DNA from: an uncultured bacterium
Lineage (GTDB): Bacteria; Patescibacteriota; Minisyncoccia; Phycocordibacterales; Phycocordibacteraceae
NCBI GenBank assembly: GCA_963851445.1
Contig: CAWKPH010000001.1
Coordinates: forward strand, 553,363 to 617,362
Reading direction: 5' to 3'
Length of the DNA: 64,000 nt
Positions 10,863 through 19,887 of the stretch are shown here, piece by piece (positions within the stretch are counted from its first letter, which is position 1; each line of letters begins with the position of its first letter). A program made the translations under genes and the position numbers. Under the pieces are notes generated by a model, which had not been told where the DNA came from, made no database searches, and was given only the letters and a program-made list of their open reading frames with translations.

Positions 10863-10900
10863 CAAGAAAATACCCCGGCTTGCACCGGGGTATTTTCTTG
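10863..10900. terminator. Bidirectional rho-independent terminator
   Basis: CAAGAAAATACCCCGG-cttgca-CCGGGGTATTTTCTTG perfect inverted repeat between convergent genes. Confidence 0.85.
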
Positions 10901-10909
10901 TAGGTAGGG

Positions 10910-11269
10910 TTAGTAGCTATTGTTGTAGCCGCCGCGATCGCCACCGCCGAAGCCGCCGCGATTACCGCCGCCAAAACCACCTCCACCACGACCATTGTTG
11001 TCGCGAGGAGGACGGTCGCCTTGTGGGCGAGCGAAAGAAACGGAGAGCATACGCCCATCCATTTCCTTGCCATCCCAGCGATCAATGGCTGCTTGGGCTT
11101 GTGTCTCGTCAGCCATTTCGACGAAACCGAATCCGCGTGAGCGGCCGGTCATGCGGTCACTAATAATACTTACCGACGTCACCTCGCCTGCTTCCGAAAA
11201 AGCAGTCTTGAGGTCGTCCTCAGTCGTGCGGTAGGGTATACCACCGACATAGAGCTTGTTTGTTGCCAT
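10910..11269 (-). CDS. RRM RNA-binding protein with Gly-rich tail
   Basis: RNP2 KLYVGGI, RNP1 RGFGFVEM, GGGFGGG tail. Confidence 0.93.
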   Translation of the reverse strand: MATNKLYVGGIPYRTTEDDLKTAFSEAGEVTSVSIISDRMTGRSRGFGFVEMADETQAQAAIDRWDGKEMDGRMLSVSFARPQGDRPPRDNNGRGGGGFGGGNRGGFGGGDRGGYNNSY

Positions 11270-11487
11270 GTGGGCTGTTCTGTAACTTAATAACTCTCGC
11301 TGATCCGAACCTAATCTGGCTTACGCCGCAAAAGCTAGGAGACTGGCGAGTTAGGCCCACTATGCAACAAACCCAGCTAAAACGCAAAGGTCTTAAGAAT
11401 TAACTGTGGATTACTCTACTATTGGAAATTTAAATAAGATTTGAGGATAGAACACTTTTACTCTTACCGAACAGTGAACGAAAAACT

Positions 11488-12708
11488 TTATTCGTAGCGG
11501 AGCGCGTCGATAGGGTTCATTTTTGCTGCTCGACGCGCTGGATACCACCCAAATCCTACACCAATCAACCCCGAAACCCCAAAAGCAAGCAGCACCGAAG
11601 AAAGTGACACGACAGGTGTAATGACACCAGTAAGCGCGACAACGAACGATACAATCCATCCAAGCGCAATCCCGACGACACCCCCGATAAGTGTGAGCAT
11701 AACTGATTCCATAAGAAACTGATTGCTGATATCGCCTTCAGATGCGCCAATAGCCTTTCTAAGTCCGATTTCCTTGGTGCGTTCCGTGACACTTGTGAGC
11801 ATCATGTTCATAATGCCAATTCCCCCCACAAGAAGTGAGATACCTGCAATGGCCCCAAGAAATACGGTGAATGTACCTGTAATTGTAGAAACAGTTGAAA
11901 GGATAGTAGCCTGATTAATAACGCTAAAATCAGCGTTGGCCGGGTCAGAAATACCATGACGTTGTAGAAGCAGAGTGGTAATATCGTTCTCAACTTGTGT
12001 TGTTGCATTGGAGGTTGCTGCCTGAACTCCGATGGAAGTTATATACTGTGCCCCGGTTAGATATTGTTGTGCGGTCGAAATTGGGACAAATACTTCATCA
12101 TCGGTGCTGCCAAATCCAGTTCCACCTGATGCCTGTGTGATGCCGATAACTGTGTACAAAGAGCCATTGATACGGACAGTCTGACCAAGCGAATTGGTAG
12201 TATCACTTCCAAAAAGAGTATCGTTAACAGCAGCCCCAAGTATGGCAACCTGTGCCTCCGTTACCACTTGCTCTTGGCTGAAAAATGAACCTTGTGCGAT
12301 CGTAAGATTGTGTATCGTAGGATAGGTTGGCTGTGTACCGTCGACGGTCGCGTTTATGTTCGTACCAGGCGCCGTAATCTGAAAACCTCGAGCATCTTCG
12401 GCTGCGACCCCAGATACATTGGCTACTTGTGCACTTATTGCTGTAGCATCTGCGAGCGTGAGCGTCTGTGCCGATCCCACTGAACTCCGTACACCGCTCG
12501 TACTAACGGCGCCCGGTCGGACCGTAAGAAGATTCGAACCAAGCGAATCAATACTTGAAGTAATTGACGCTTTCGCTCCGTTACCAATTGCGACGAGTGC
12601 AATTACCGATGCAATCCCGATAACGATACCAAGCATGGTCAGACTCGAACGAATCTTATTGCCTGAAAGCGCAGTAATGGTTTCCGAAAAGAGATCGCCT
12701 GTGGTCAT
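11488..12708 (-). CDS. MacB/FtsX-family ABC transporter permease
   Basis: RSSLTMLGIVIG, GGIGIMNMMLTSVTERTKEIGLRKAIGA, PIDALRYE. Confidence 0.93.
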   Translation of the reverse strand: MTTGDLFSETITALSGNKIRSSLTMLGIVIGIASVIALVAIGNGAKASITSSIDSLGSNLLTVRPGAVSTSGVRSSVGSAQTLTLADATAISAQVANVSGVAAEDARGFQITAPGTNINATVDGTQPTYPTIHNLTIAQGSFFSQEQVVTEAQVAILGAAVNDTLFGSDTTNSLGQTVRINGSLYTVIGITQASGGTGFGSTDDEVFVPISTAQQYLTGAQYITSIGVQAATSNATTQVENDITTLLLQRHGISDPANADFSVINQATILSTVSTITGTFTVFLGAIAGISLLVGGIGIMNMMLTSVTERTKEIGLRKAIGASEGDISNQFLMESVMLTLIGGVVGIALGWIVSFVVALTGVITPVVSLSSVLLAFGVSGLIGVGFGWYPARRAAKMNPIDALRYE

Positions 12709-12747
12709 AATATTTATAAAAAGAATGGCATAAAAAGGTAAAGAGAT

Positions 12748-13473
12748 TTAAGTCAAAACATTTTCTTCATCGATCACTGCTTTACGTCGTTCGAAATCGA
12801 TACCGTCACTTACAATTACACCATCCTTAAGACGGATGATGCGCTTAGCGTGCTGTGCAACTTCTAATTCGTGTGTGATGAGGACAATCGTACGTCCATG
12901 TTCTTCGTTAAGCTTCGCGAACGTGTGGAGAACAATCTCCGTCGTACGTGAATCGAGGTTTCCGGTAGGCTCGTCTGCCAGAACGAGTGCAGGGTCGTTC
13001 ACGAGTGCACGCGCAATGGCGACGCGCTGAATTTGTCCTCCTGATAGCTGATTCGAACTATTGTTGAAAAGTGCAGCAGGGAATCCAGCTGCCAAAAGCG
13101 CTTCTTTTGAGCGTGTTTCACGCTCTTCGACCGGTACATCTGCATAAGTAAGGGGCAACATGACATTCTTCAGCACGTTCGTACGGGGCAGAAGATTGAA
13201 TGATTGAAATACAAAACCGATACGGCGTTTACGTACATCTGCAAGCTCGTTGCTCGTCATAGTTGAAACATCTTCGCCATCGAGATCATAAGTCCCTGAG
13301 GTGGGTGTATCGAGACAGCCGAGGATATGCATCAAAGTCGATTTTCCCGACCCCGAAGGACCCATGATTGCTACGAATTCGCCATCAGCAATTTTGAACG
13401 ATACTCCGCGAAGGGCAAACACTTCATTATCTGCGACTTTGTAAATCTTACTAATATCCTTTATCTCAATCAT
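12748..13473 (-). CDS. ABC transporter ATP-binding protein (LolD/MacB type)
   Basis: GPSGSGKST, LSGGQIQRVAIARAL, LADEPTGNLD. Confidence 0.95.
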   Translation of the reverse strand: MIEIKDISKIYKVADNEVFALRGVSFKIADGEFVAIMGPSGSGKSTLMHILGCLDTPTSGTYDLDGEDVSTMTSNELADVRKRRIGFVFQSFNLLPRTNVLKNVMLPLTYADVPVEERETRSKEALLAAGFPAALFNNSSNQLSGGQIQRVAIARALVNDPALVLADEPTGNLDSRTTEIVLHTFAKLNEEHGRTIVLITHELEVAQHAKRIIRLKDGVIVSDGIDFERRKAVIDEENVLT

Positions 13474-13497
13474 ATGATGCTGACCTCAGACGGCACG

Positions 13498-15540
13498 TTA
13501 ACCACCCCGGCCCGCAAAACCTCCTGCAGCCGCACCTCCTCCACCCCCAGCAGTGGTAGCACCTCCGCTAAATCCACCACCACCCGCTGCACCAGTACCT
13601 CTTGCTGCTCCAGTGCCGCGTAGACCGCCAAAGAGGCTGAATCCGCCTGTACTCGAAGGTGCTGCCTTTGCTGCTGCACCTGAAAGTGTCGAGGTAACGA
13701 CGAATTGTCCGGGGCGAAGTCCGCTCAAAACCTGTACCGTGGTATCGTTCGAAATGCCCACAACGATAGGAACTTCAGTGATGGTCACGTCGCTTTCAGG
13801 AACTGTAATCGAGTGCGAGAATCCGCTTCCGGATAAAACTGTCGATGTCCCTGTGCTGTTTGGGCTGAATCCGCTCGCGTAACTTACAGTTGATGACGCT
13901 GATGTACCTCTGGTAAATCCGGCATAAGGTGCCGTTGACGATGCACCTCGCGTGGGATGTCTCCCTCCCGCACCACCTCTTATTGCCGCGAGAGTCGAAC
14001 TCGCATTCTTAAGGGTCGCCACCTCCACATATGTGGAACCATTCGCGTTGGTTTGAACCGCAGAACTCGAGACTTGTATCGCATCGGAAAGCGAGGACGT
14101 GATGATAGTCGCATCGGCGGTCATACCCGGTTTTATGCGGCTATCGGCAGTGTTGAGTCCGATCTTTACATCGTAGGTGACAACACCGTTACTTACAGTG
14201 CCCACGGGATCAATTTCAGCGACTGTGCCAGTTGCGGTAAGACCATTAATGGCATCAAATGTAATCGTGACCGGTTGGCCAATTTGGATCTTCGTGATAT
14301 CAGCTTCGTTCAGTGAAAGATCGACATAATTTCCGGTTGTGATTAGTGTCGCGACGACAGTTCCGGATCCTGCCTGGTCATACTTATTCACTGGCACGGT
14401 CCCGATGATCCCATTAAAAGGAGCAGTTACAATATAGTCTGATTCATCGGTCTCTGCTTGCGTGACTTCTTCTTGAGCTTTCTCTACCGCAACTTGTGCT
14501 GATTGTACGGTGAGTGGTGTATTACCTGAAGGGGTCAAGGATTGTGTATCCTTTTCTAAATTCTGTTCGGCAGCCGTGAGTGCTGTGTCTGCGCTTGTAA
14601 CACTCGCGCTATCATTGCTGATCGTTGTTTGGTACGAACTGACACTAGAGATCTGACTTGCAAGCTGCGAAGGAACAATGAGCTGTCCTTGCACTACTTG
14701 TGTGTTGATGTAATTCAAGTATATAAGCTCATCGCGAAGCGCTACATCGACGGTTTCGGTCAAGCGGATTGTCGTTTGTGCAAGCTGGTCGACAGCGGTA
14801 GGCGAAATGTTACTTGTATTGAGAGAAGCATATTGAGCTTGGGCTTGTTGATAGGCACTCACGGCGTTCGCATAGTCTTCGGCCACTTGCCGGCTATCCT
14901 CTTGAGATTCCGTCGTATTGATGTAATTCGCATAGGCATCGATGTTTTCTTCGGCTGTGTAGCCAGAAATCGTTGAAAGATTGTGTAGCACGCCGTTCAA
15001 CCCGTTCATCGCGATAGGAAGATCGGTGTATGCTGTCGTTATAGCCCCGGTAGTATTTGCTTGAGCGGTAGTGAGTGCCGTCTGATCGCTCGAGACGCCG
15101 GTTTGAGAGGACGTAAGAGCCTGTTCGTACGTGATCTGGGCACTCTCAAGATCCTGCTGCGCGCTCGCAACTGCCTCAGCGGCATTGGTTGTATCGAGTT
15201 CAGCGACAACGGTACCCGCCTTTACTTGTTCTCCAGGTGTCACATTGAGCTCAGTAATCTCACCGGACGCGGAACCTTGGGGAGTCAGACTTAGCGTATC
15301 GTTGGACGTGACCTGCCCGCTGCCCGTAACCGTTACCTGGAGTGGACCTTGTGTTGTTGCAGCAAGTACGTATTCGCTGCCGGTGCTTCCTGCAGCAAGC
15401 ACGCTGTATCCCCAATACCCCGCAGCAAGTATAACTAACAGAATAACAACACTCGCGACTTTATGCTTGCGCGCGAAAGTGCCAATACGTCGGGTTCCGA
15501 TCTTGATGGAAATCCATAACTTGCTGAAGAAGGTCCTCAT
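13498..15540 (-). CDS. Efflux membrane-fusion/periplasmic adaptor protein (HlyD/MacA-like)
   Basis: N-terminal TM, lipoyl-like halves (GEQVKAG, APFNGII), long coiled coil, KPGMTA, Gly-rich tail. Confidence 0.88.
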   Translation of the reverse strand: MRTFFSKLWISIKIGTRRIGTFARKHKVASVVILLVILAAGYWGYSVLAAGSTGSEYVLAATTQGPLQVTVTGSGQVTSNDTLSLTPQGSASGEITELNVTPGEQVKAGTVVAELDTTNAAEAVASAQQDLESAQITYEQALTSSQTGVSSDQTALTTAQANTTGAITTAYTDLPIAMNGLNGVLHNLSTISGYTAEENIDAYANYINTTESQEDSRQVAEDYANAVSAYQQAQAQYASLNTSNISPTAVDQLAQTTIRLTETVDVALRDELIYLNYINTQVVQGQLIVPSQLASQISSVSSYQTTISNDSASVTSADTALTAAEQNLEKDTQSLTPSGNTPLTVQSAQVAVEKAQEEVTQAETDESDYIVTAPFNGIIGTVPVNKYDQAGSGTVVATLITTGNYVDLSLNEADITKIQIGQPVTITFDAINGLTATGTVAEIDPVGTVSNGVVTYDVKIGLNTADSRIKPGMTADATIITSSLSDAIQVSSSAVQTNANGSTYVEVATLKNASSTLAAIRGGAGGRHPTRGASSTAPYAGFTRGTSASSTVSYASGFSPNSTGTSTVLSGSGFSHSITVPESDVTITEVPIVVGISNDTTVQVLSGLRPGQFVVTSTLSGAAAKAAPSSTGGFSLFGGLRGTGAARGTGAAGGGGFSGGATTAGGGGGAAAGGFAGRGG

Positions 15541-15557
15541 ATTTTAAGTACTAAAAA

Positions 15558-16055
15558 TTAATCCGAGGATGTTGTAGGAGTACTCGATCCATTTCCGAGA
15601 ACTGGGGAAAGGATGCGAATCAATTTTGCATCAATCTCACCACCACTCGTTGGTGTGCCAAGCACTACGACCTCGGACCCAATGGCAAGGACATCACTTG
15701 TTACATTGCTGTGCTGATAGCGAATAACTGTATCGCTTCCGAGAACGATTTGTTGTTCCGGCATCTGATTGCTTTCTATTGTAATGCTTGACGATGACAT
15801 GCTCACAATTGTGCCAAAAGCGCCATCAGAGTTAGGCTGATGATCATCGAGGCCAAGCATACCGAGTCCTTGTGATGGATCAACGAAGTTGCGCGCATAA
15901 TTCTCACCCCAATGAGATGGCGACATTCCTTCGTGGTGCCCAACAGCAACCCCGGCTTCAAAAATACATAAAACAATGCATGCAATACTGAAGCCTGCGA
16001 TAATGCCGGCAAAAAGGCGGGAGCGCACGAATCTATTAAGCGAGTCGCGATTCAT
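15558..16055 (-). CDS. Hypothetical membrane-anchored protein (DUF5666-like OB fold)
   Basis: TM then GTIVS...GSEVVVLG...IDAKLIRI; operonic position. Confidence 0.6.
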   Translation of the reverse strand: MNRDSLNRFVRSRLFAGIIAGFSIACIVLCIFEAGVAVGHHEGMSPSHWGENYARNFVDPSQGLGMLGLDDHQPNSDGAFGTIVSMSSSSITIESNQMPEQQIVLGSDTVIRYQHSNVTSDVLAIGSEVVVLGTPTSGGEIDAKLIRILSPVLGNGSSTPTTSSD

Positions 16056-16067
16056 AAATACTTAATT

Positions 16068-16496
16068 TTAGATGCGGAAATGAATTACTGAGGCGCGAAA
16101 TGAGAGGTGCGCAAGAACGATTCCTTGTACAAAATTTTTAATGGAAACGAGTAGCACCGCAATGAGGAAGAGAGTTACTGTTACTTCGACACCAGGAAAT
16201 GCCTGAAGGAGCGACAATGCAAAAACACCAAGATGTGAAGAGATAAGATCAGTATCGGAAATCAAGAGTGGCGCATAGCTCGTAAATCCTGTAGCGCTCG
16301 CTGCACGAACAAGTGCTGGTATAGCGAACATAAGCCCCGCTATGGAGCTTATGCCGGAAAGGGAAGACAGTACAAGTCGCGTACGCGCGTGGCGTTCACG
16401 TTCCCGCTCGAGCGCCAGACATATCCGCTCGCAAAGATACGTAGGTAGTTGCTCTTGCGGCAAAGCTCTAAAAAGCTCCTCATAATTCCTTCCCAT
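16068..16496 (-). CDS. Putative membrane anti-sigma factor
   Basis: Directly downstream of an ECF sigma; short cytoplasmic N-terminus followed by TM segments; start placed at MGRNYEE. Confidence 0.55.
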   Translation of the reverse strand: MGRNYEELFRALPQEQLPTYLCERICLALERERERHARTRLVLSSLSGISSIAGLMFAIPALVRAASATGFTSYAPLLISDTDLISSHLGVFALSLLQAFPGVEVTVTLFLIAVLLVSIKNFVQGIVLAHLSFRASVIHFRI

Positions 16497-16636
16497 ATGC
16501 TGTATACGCAGTATAGCTCGGAAATGGTGCATTTTTAGAGAGTAATAGTCCCCATATCGATCTTGCTCAGAGACCCTAAAAAGGGTCCAGAACTTCGACT
16601 CCAGGACACTGCCTAGGTTGTAAGACGCCAAAAGCT

Positions 16637-17230
16637 TCAGGCCTCTGCTTCTCTTTTTCTGTATTTCTTTTCAAATTCCTTGCGTAGCGTTATAAGCGCA
16701 CGGCGATGAAGGCTCCGCACAGTATTCGCGGACATTTTGAGAATTTTTGCGATTTCTTCAAACGAAAGTTCTTGCTCGTAGCGCAGATTCAGTATCATCC
16801 GATCGCGCGGCCTAACTTCCTTCAAGGCCTCTTGAACTTCTCCTGCTTGTAGTGCGCGCTCGAAAAGTTCTTCAGGGAGTGGCTCAGGATCGGCGAGCGT
16901 ATCCATAAGTACATTACTGTCATCATCAGCATCGAACCGTGAGAAAGTAACCGATCTGCGCCTGCGCATAATGTCAGTTGCTGTATTTTTTGCGATTGCG
17001 AAGAGCCACGTACGCAGTGAACGTTTAGAATCAAAGCGATTCAAATTACGCCATGCTTTAAGGAATGTTTCCTGAACCGCATCCTGTGCGTCTTCGGTAT
17101 TTCCCATATACCGCACACAGAATGTATATAGTGCTTGAAGATGTCGATTAACAAGCTCTTGAAGTGCTTCGTCATTGCCACTCCGAGCCTTTTCTATGAG
17201 TTCCTGGTCGCTCTGTTGCTCGTCGGGCAT
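16637..17230 (-). CDS. ECF sigma-70 factor (SigW/RpoE-like)
   Basis: DAQDAVQETFLKAW, WLFAIAKN, LSFEEIAKIL...TVRSLHRRA. Confidence 0.93.
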   Translation of the reverse strand: MPDEQQSDQELIEKARSGNDEALQELVNRHLQALYTFCVRYMGNTEDAQDAVQETFLKAWRNLNRFDSKRSLRTWLFAIAKNTATDIMRRRRSVTFSRFDADDDSNVLMDTLADPEPLPEELFERALQAGEVQEALKEVRPRDRMILNLRYEQELSFEEIAKILKMSANTVRSLHRRALITLRKEFEKKYRKREAEA

Positions 17231-17352
17231 ACGGATTCAGCATACCGTGCCTAGGCTCATTCGTCCCCGCACCTAAGCCCAACACTAAGAAATTATGCTT
17301 TAAAGTGATCATATCTTGTCTCAAATGCAAGATAAATAAGGTACCCCTTAAC

Positions 17353-19887
17353 TCAAACTGTTTTTAGCATGTCGTGTTTAATATCACTAAATGTTCCGTG
17401 TACCTTCTTGCCTGGGTTGAATATGCCCGATGGATCAAAAATACTTTTCGTCTCTTCAAAAAGCGCGACCATTTTGTCACCAAAAAGCATCGGGAGATAT
17501 GGAGTGCGAATAATGCCATCGTTATGTTCGCCAGTGGTCGTTCCCCCATATTTTATGACGAGCGCGTAAACTTTTGGGGCGAGGTCGATGACGACTTGAC
17601 GTACACTAGGCTTCGTAAGATCCATGAGTGGGATAATGTGGAAATTTCCGTTTCCAATGTGACCAGCGACTGTATAAATAAACCTATCTGAATATTCCGC
17701 AAGCAGCATGTCGAGTTCCGGAAGGAATTGTGGGTAGGTATCAGGGGGTACCACGAAATCATCGATAAAAGGCGATGCATAGAGACCATGTACATTCTTA
17801 CGAAGAAGGGCAAAGCTCTCGCGACGTACGATCCAGTATTTCTCCGACTCGCGTTCGTTTTTTTTGATACTCATCTGTAAACCCATGTCTCGAAGGGCAT
17901 CATGTGCTTCTTGTGCCCGTTGAAGCGCTTCTGTGGGGGTATCGGCAGAGAATTCTGCCATCAAAATAAGTTTGGGAACACCTCCGGAAATAACCATGGC
18001 AGTCTCCGGAATGAATGAAAGTCCTAGGCGAAGTGCGCGATTGAAGCCCATTTGCGAGAGCATTTGCGGCATGAATCTAATGGCAAGTTTAAAAGTCTGA
18101 TCATCATACGACTCAAATGATTCAGGATTGAAGGGAAGTACCCTGTGCACTATTTCTGGAAGTATCCTGAGATCTTTCAAGAAAATAACTAACATCGCAC
18201 GGTGACTTTCTTCTTTCACGAGTCGTAATTTTGCTTTGGTCATGAGAGCAAGCGTGCCCTGTGCCCCGCATATTAGACGCGCGAGATTAAAGGTACCTTT
18301 TCCGCTATGAATTACATTCCAAAGTGCGTATCCGGCAGAATTTTTCGATACTTTTGGTCTTGCATTTTGGATCACTTCGGCATTCTCCGTAATAAGTGCA
18401 TGCATCTTACGATAAATTTCGCCCTCGAAGTCCCGCTGGCGCTTCTTTTCTTCCAGTCCTGCCGGGTCAAGATCTTTAAAAGTCGTAAGTGTGCCATCTG
18501 AAAGCACCACCTCAATCTCTTCAATATAATCCTCAGTTTTACCATATTCAAGGGTGCGTTCGCCTCCTGAATTATTGTTCACGATACCTCCTATCGCACA
18601 GAGCTCGCGAGACGCAGGGTAGGAAGGAAGCACAAGATTCCCTCGAGCAAGTGTCTGTTTCTCAAAATCGCGATAGAAGACTCCTGGCTCGGCAACAGCA
18701 GAGCCGTGAGTTATGACGTGAGGTACCGTATCAGATTTTCTATCTGTTTCTTTGTTAATACTTATAATCCTGTTCATATATTTCAAAAAGACAGTGACGA
18801 TGGAATTCGTGAGTGGGCCTCCGCTCATGTCAGTTCCTGCCGATCGGCCAGTCAGGGAAACACTCTGGCCTGCATCTTTGGCAGCTCGTACGGTTTTTAC
18901 TAGCGCAACTACATCCTGTGTATCTTTGGGATATACAACGAGCGATGGCTTGATCTTGAAGAGACTTGTATCGCGACTATATTTTTCGATTTCAGACTCC
19001 GCATCGGTAACGTCACCTTTAATTGCCGACCGTATCTTTTCTTCAAGCTCGTTTGAGATATTTGATTGGGTGTCAGTTGTTGTAATGTCCTTCGTGATGA
19101 CCTTATCGTCACGGATCTCGAGCACTGTACTTACAGGTATCTCATCAAGCAAAGTCTTGATAAACGATGCAGTATCCAGTGGACCTTTTACTGCGTGGGT
19201 TGGAATATCTATTTTCGTAATTACTTCGTCATTACCTCCTTGTGTCAATCGATCTCCGACGTACAGCATTGCCGAAAGAGGCACATGTAATTCCTTTGCT
19301 AGTTGTTGTACGCCATAAGCTTTATCAATGCCTGGCTTTGTTACGTCAATCGAGGTCGCGCCCCCTATTTTCACATCAAAATCGGGCAAGAGCACCTTGA
19401 TCGCTTCCTGAAGTTTCCTTTTCTTTTCGCTGGTGGGGTCCCATCGACGCTTCTCGGCAATGGGTGCCTCCTGGCCGAGTGCGGAGATGGTAACTTGGGT
19501 TCCGCGAGTCTCAATTCGTTCACCATATGAAGGGAGAGAGAAATCGATGACTCCAGAATCTATCGCACCTTGTTCAATCGCTGTTTCTATCCGATCAATC
19601 TCTTTGGGATCAAGATCTTCTTCATATACCTTCGCCCAAGCCTGGTCATGATAAGCGAACATTTCCGCACCTGAAGTTGGGAAGAGGTAAAGATTGCGGA
19701 GTTCAGCAGAGGGCGGCAGTTCCTCGGTGACTTGATGGTGAAGCTGCTCCAATTTTTCACCCGTTATTACGGCAAGAATTGTTTTATTCAAAAGCTCTGC
19801 AATAAGTTTTGCCATATCGGAAGTTATTGGCACCTTACTTTCTGAAAGGGTATCGTCGAGATCAAATATGATAGCTTTCGGGATCAT
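17353..19887 (-). CDS. Fusion: HAD-IIB phosphomannomutase-like domain + FAD-linked oxidase (D-lactate dehydrogenase/GlcD-like)
   Basis: N-terminal FDLDDTL, SALGQ, GGATSIDV, GIDKAYG, VGD...GGND; C-terminal RSAGTDMSG, AIGGIVNNNSGG, GAQGTL, GHIGNGNFH, GEHNDG, FDPSGIFNPGK. Confidence 0.85.
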   Translation of the reverse strand: MIPKAIIFDLDDTLSESKVPITSDMAKLIAELLNKTILAVITGEKLEQLHHQVTEELPPSAELRNLYLFPTSGAEMFAYHDQAWAKVYEEDLDPKEIDRIETAIEQGAIDSGVIDFSLPSYGERIETRGTQVTISALGQEAPIAEKRRWDPTSEKKRKLQEAIKVLLPDFDVKIGGATSIDVTKPGIDKAYGVQQLAKELHVPLSAMLYVGDRLTQGGNDEVITKIDIPTHAVKGPLDTASFIKTLLDEIPVSTVLEIRDDKVITKDITTTDTQSNISNELEEKIRSAIKGDVTDAESEIEKYSRDTSLFKIKPSLVVYPKDTQDVVALVKTVRAAKDAGQSVSLTGRSAGTDMSGGPLTNSIVTVFLKYMNRIISINKETDRKSDTVPHVITHGSAVAEPGVFYRDFEKQTLARGNLVLPSYPASRELCAIGGIVNNNSGGERTLEYGKTEDYIEEIEVVLSDGTLTTFKDLDPAGLEEKKRQRDFEGEIYRKMHALITENAEVIQNARPKVSKNSAGYALWNVIHSGKGTFNLARLICGAQGTLALMTKAKLRLVKEESHRAMLVIFLKDLRILPEIVHRVLPFNPESFESYDDQTFKLAIRFMPQMLSQMGFNRALRLGLSFIPETAMVISGGVPKLILMAEFSADTPTEALQRAQEAHDALRDMGLQMSIKKNERESEKYWIVRRESFALLRKNVHGLYASPFIDDFVVPPDTYPQFLPELDMLLAEYSDRFIYTVAGHIGNGNFHIIPLMDLTKPSVRQVVIDLAPKVYALVIKYGGTTTGEHNDGIIRTPYLPMLFGDKMVALFEETKSIFDPSGIFNPGKKVHGTFSDIKHDMLKTV

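Noticed and set aside
16712-16738. GCTCCGCACAGT match inside the ECF sigma gene
   Set aside because: No GTTAGAAC right arm and lies in coding sequence; chance match
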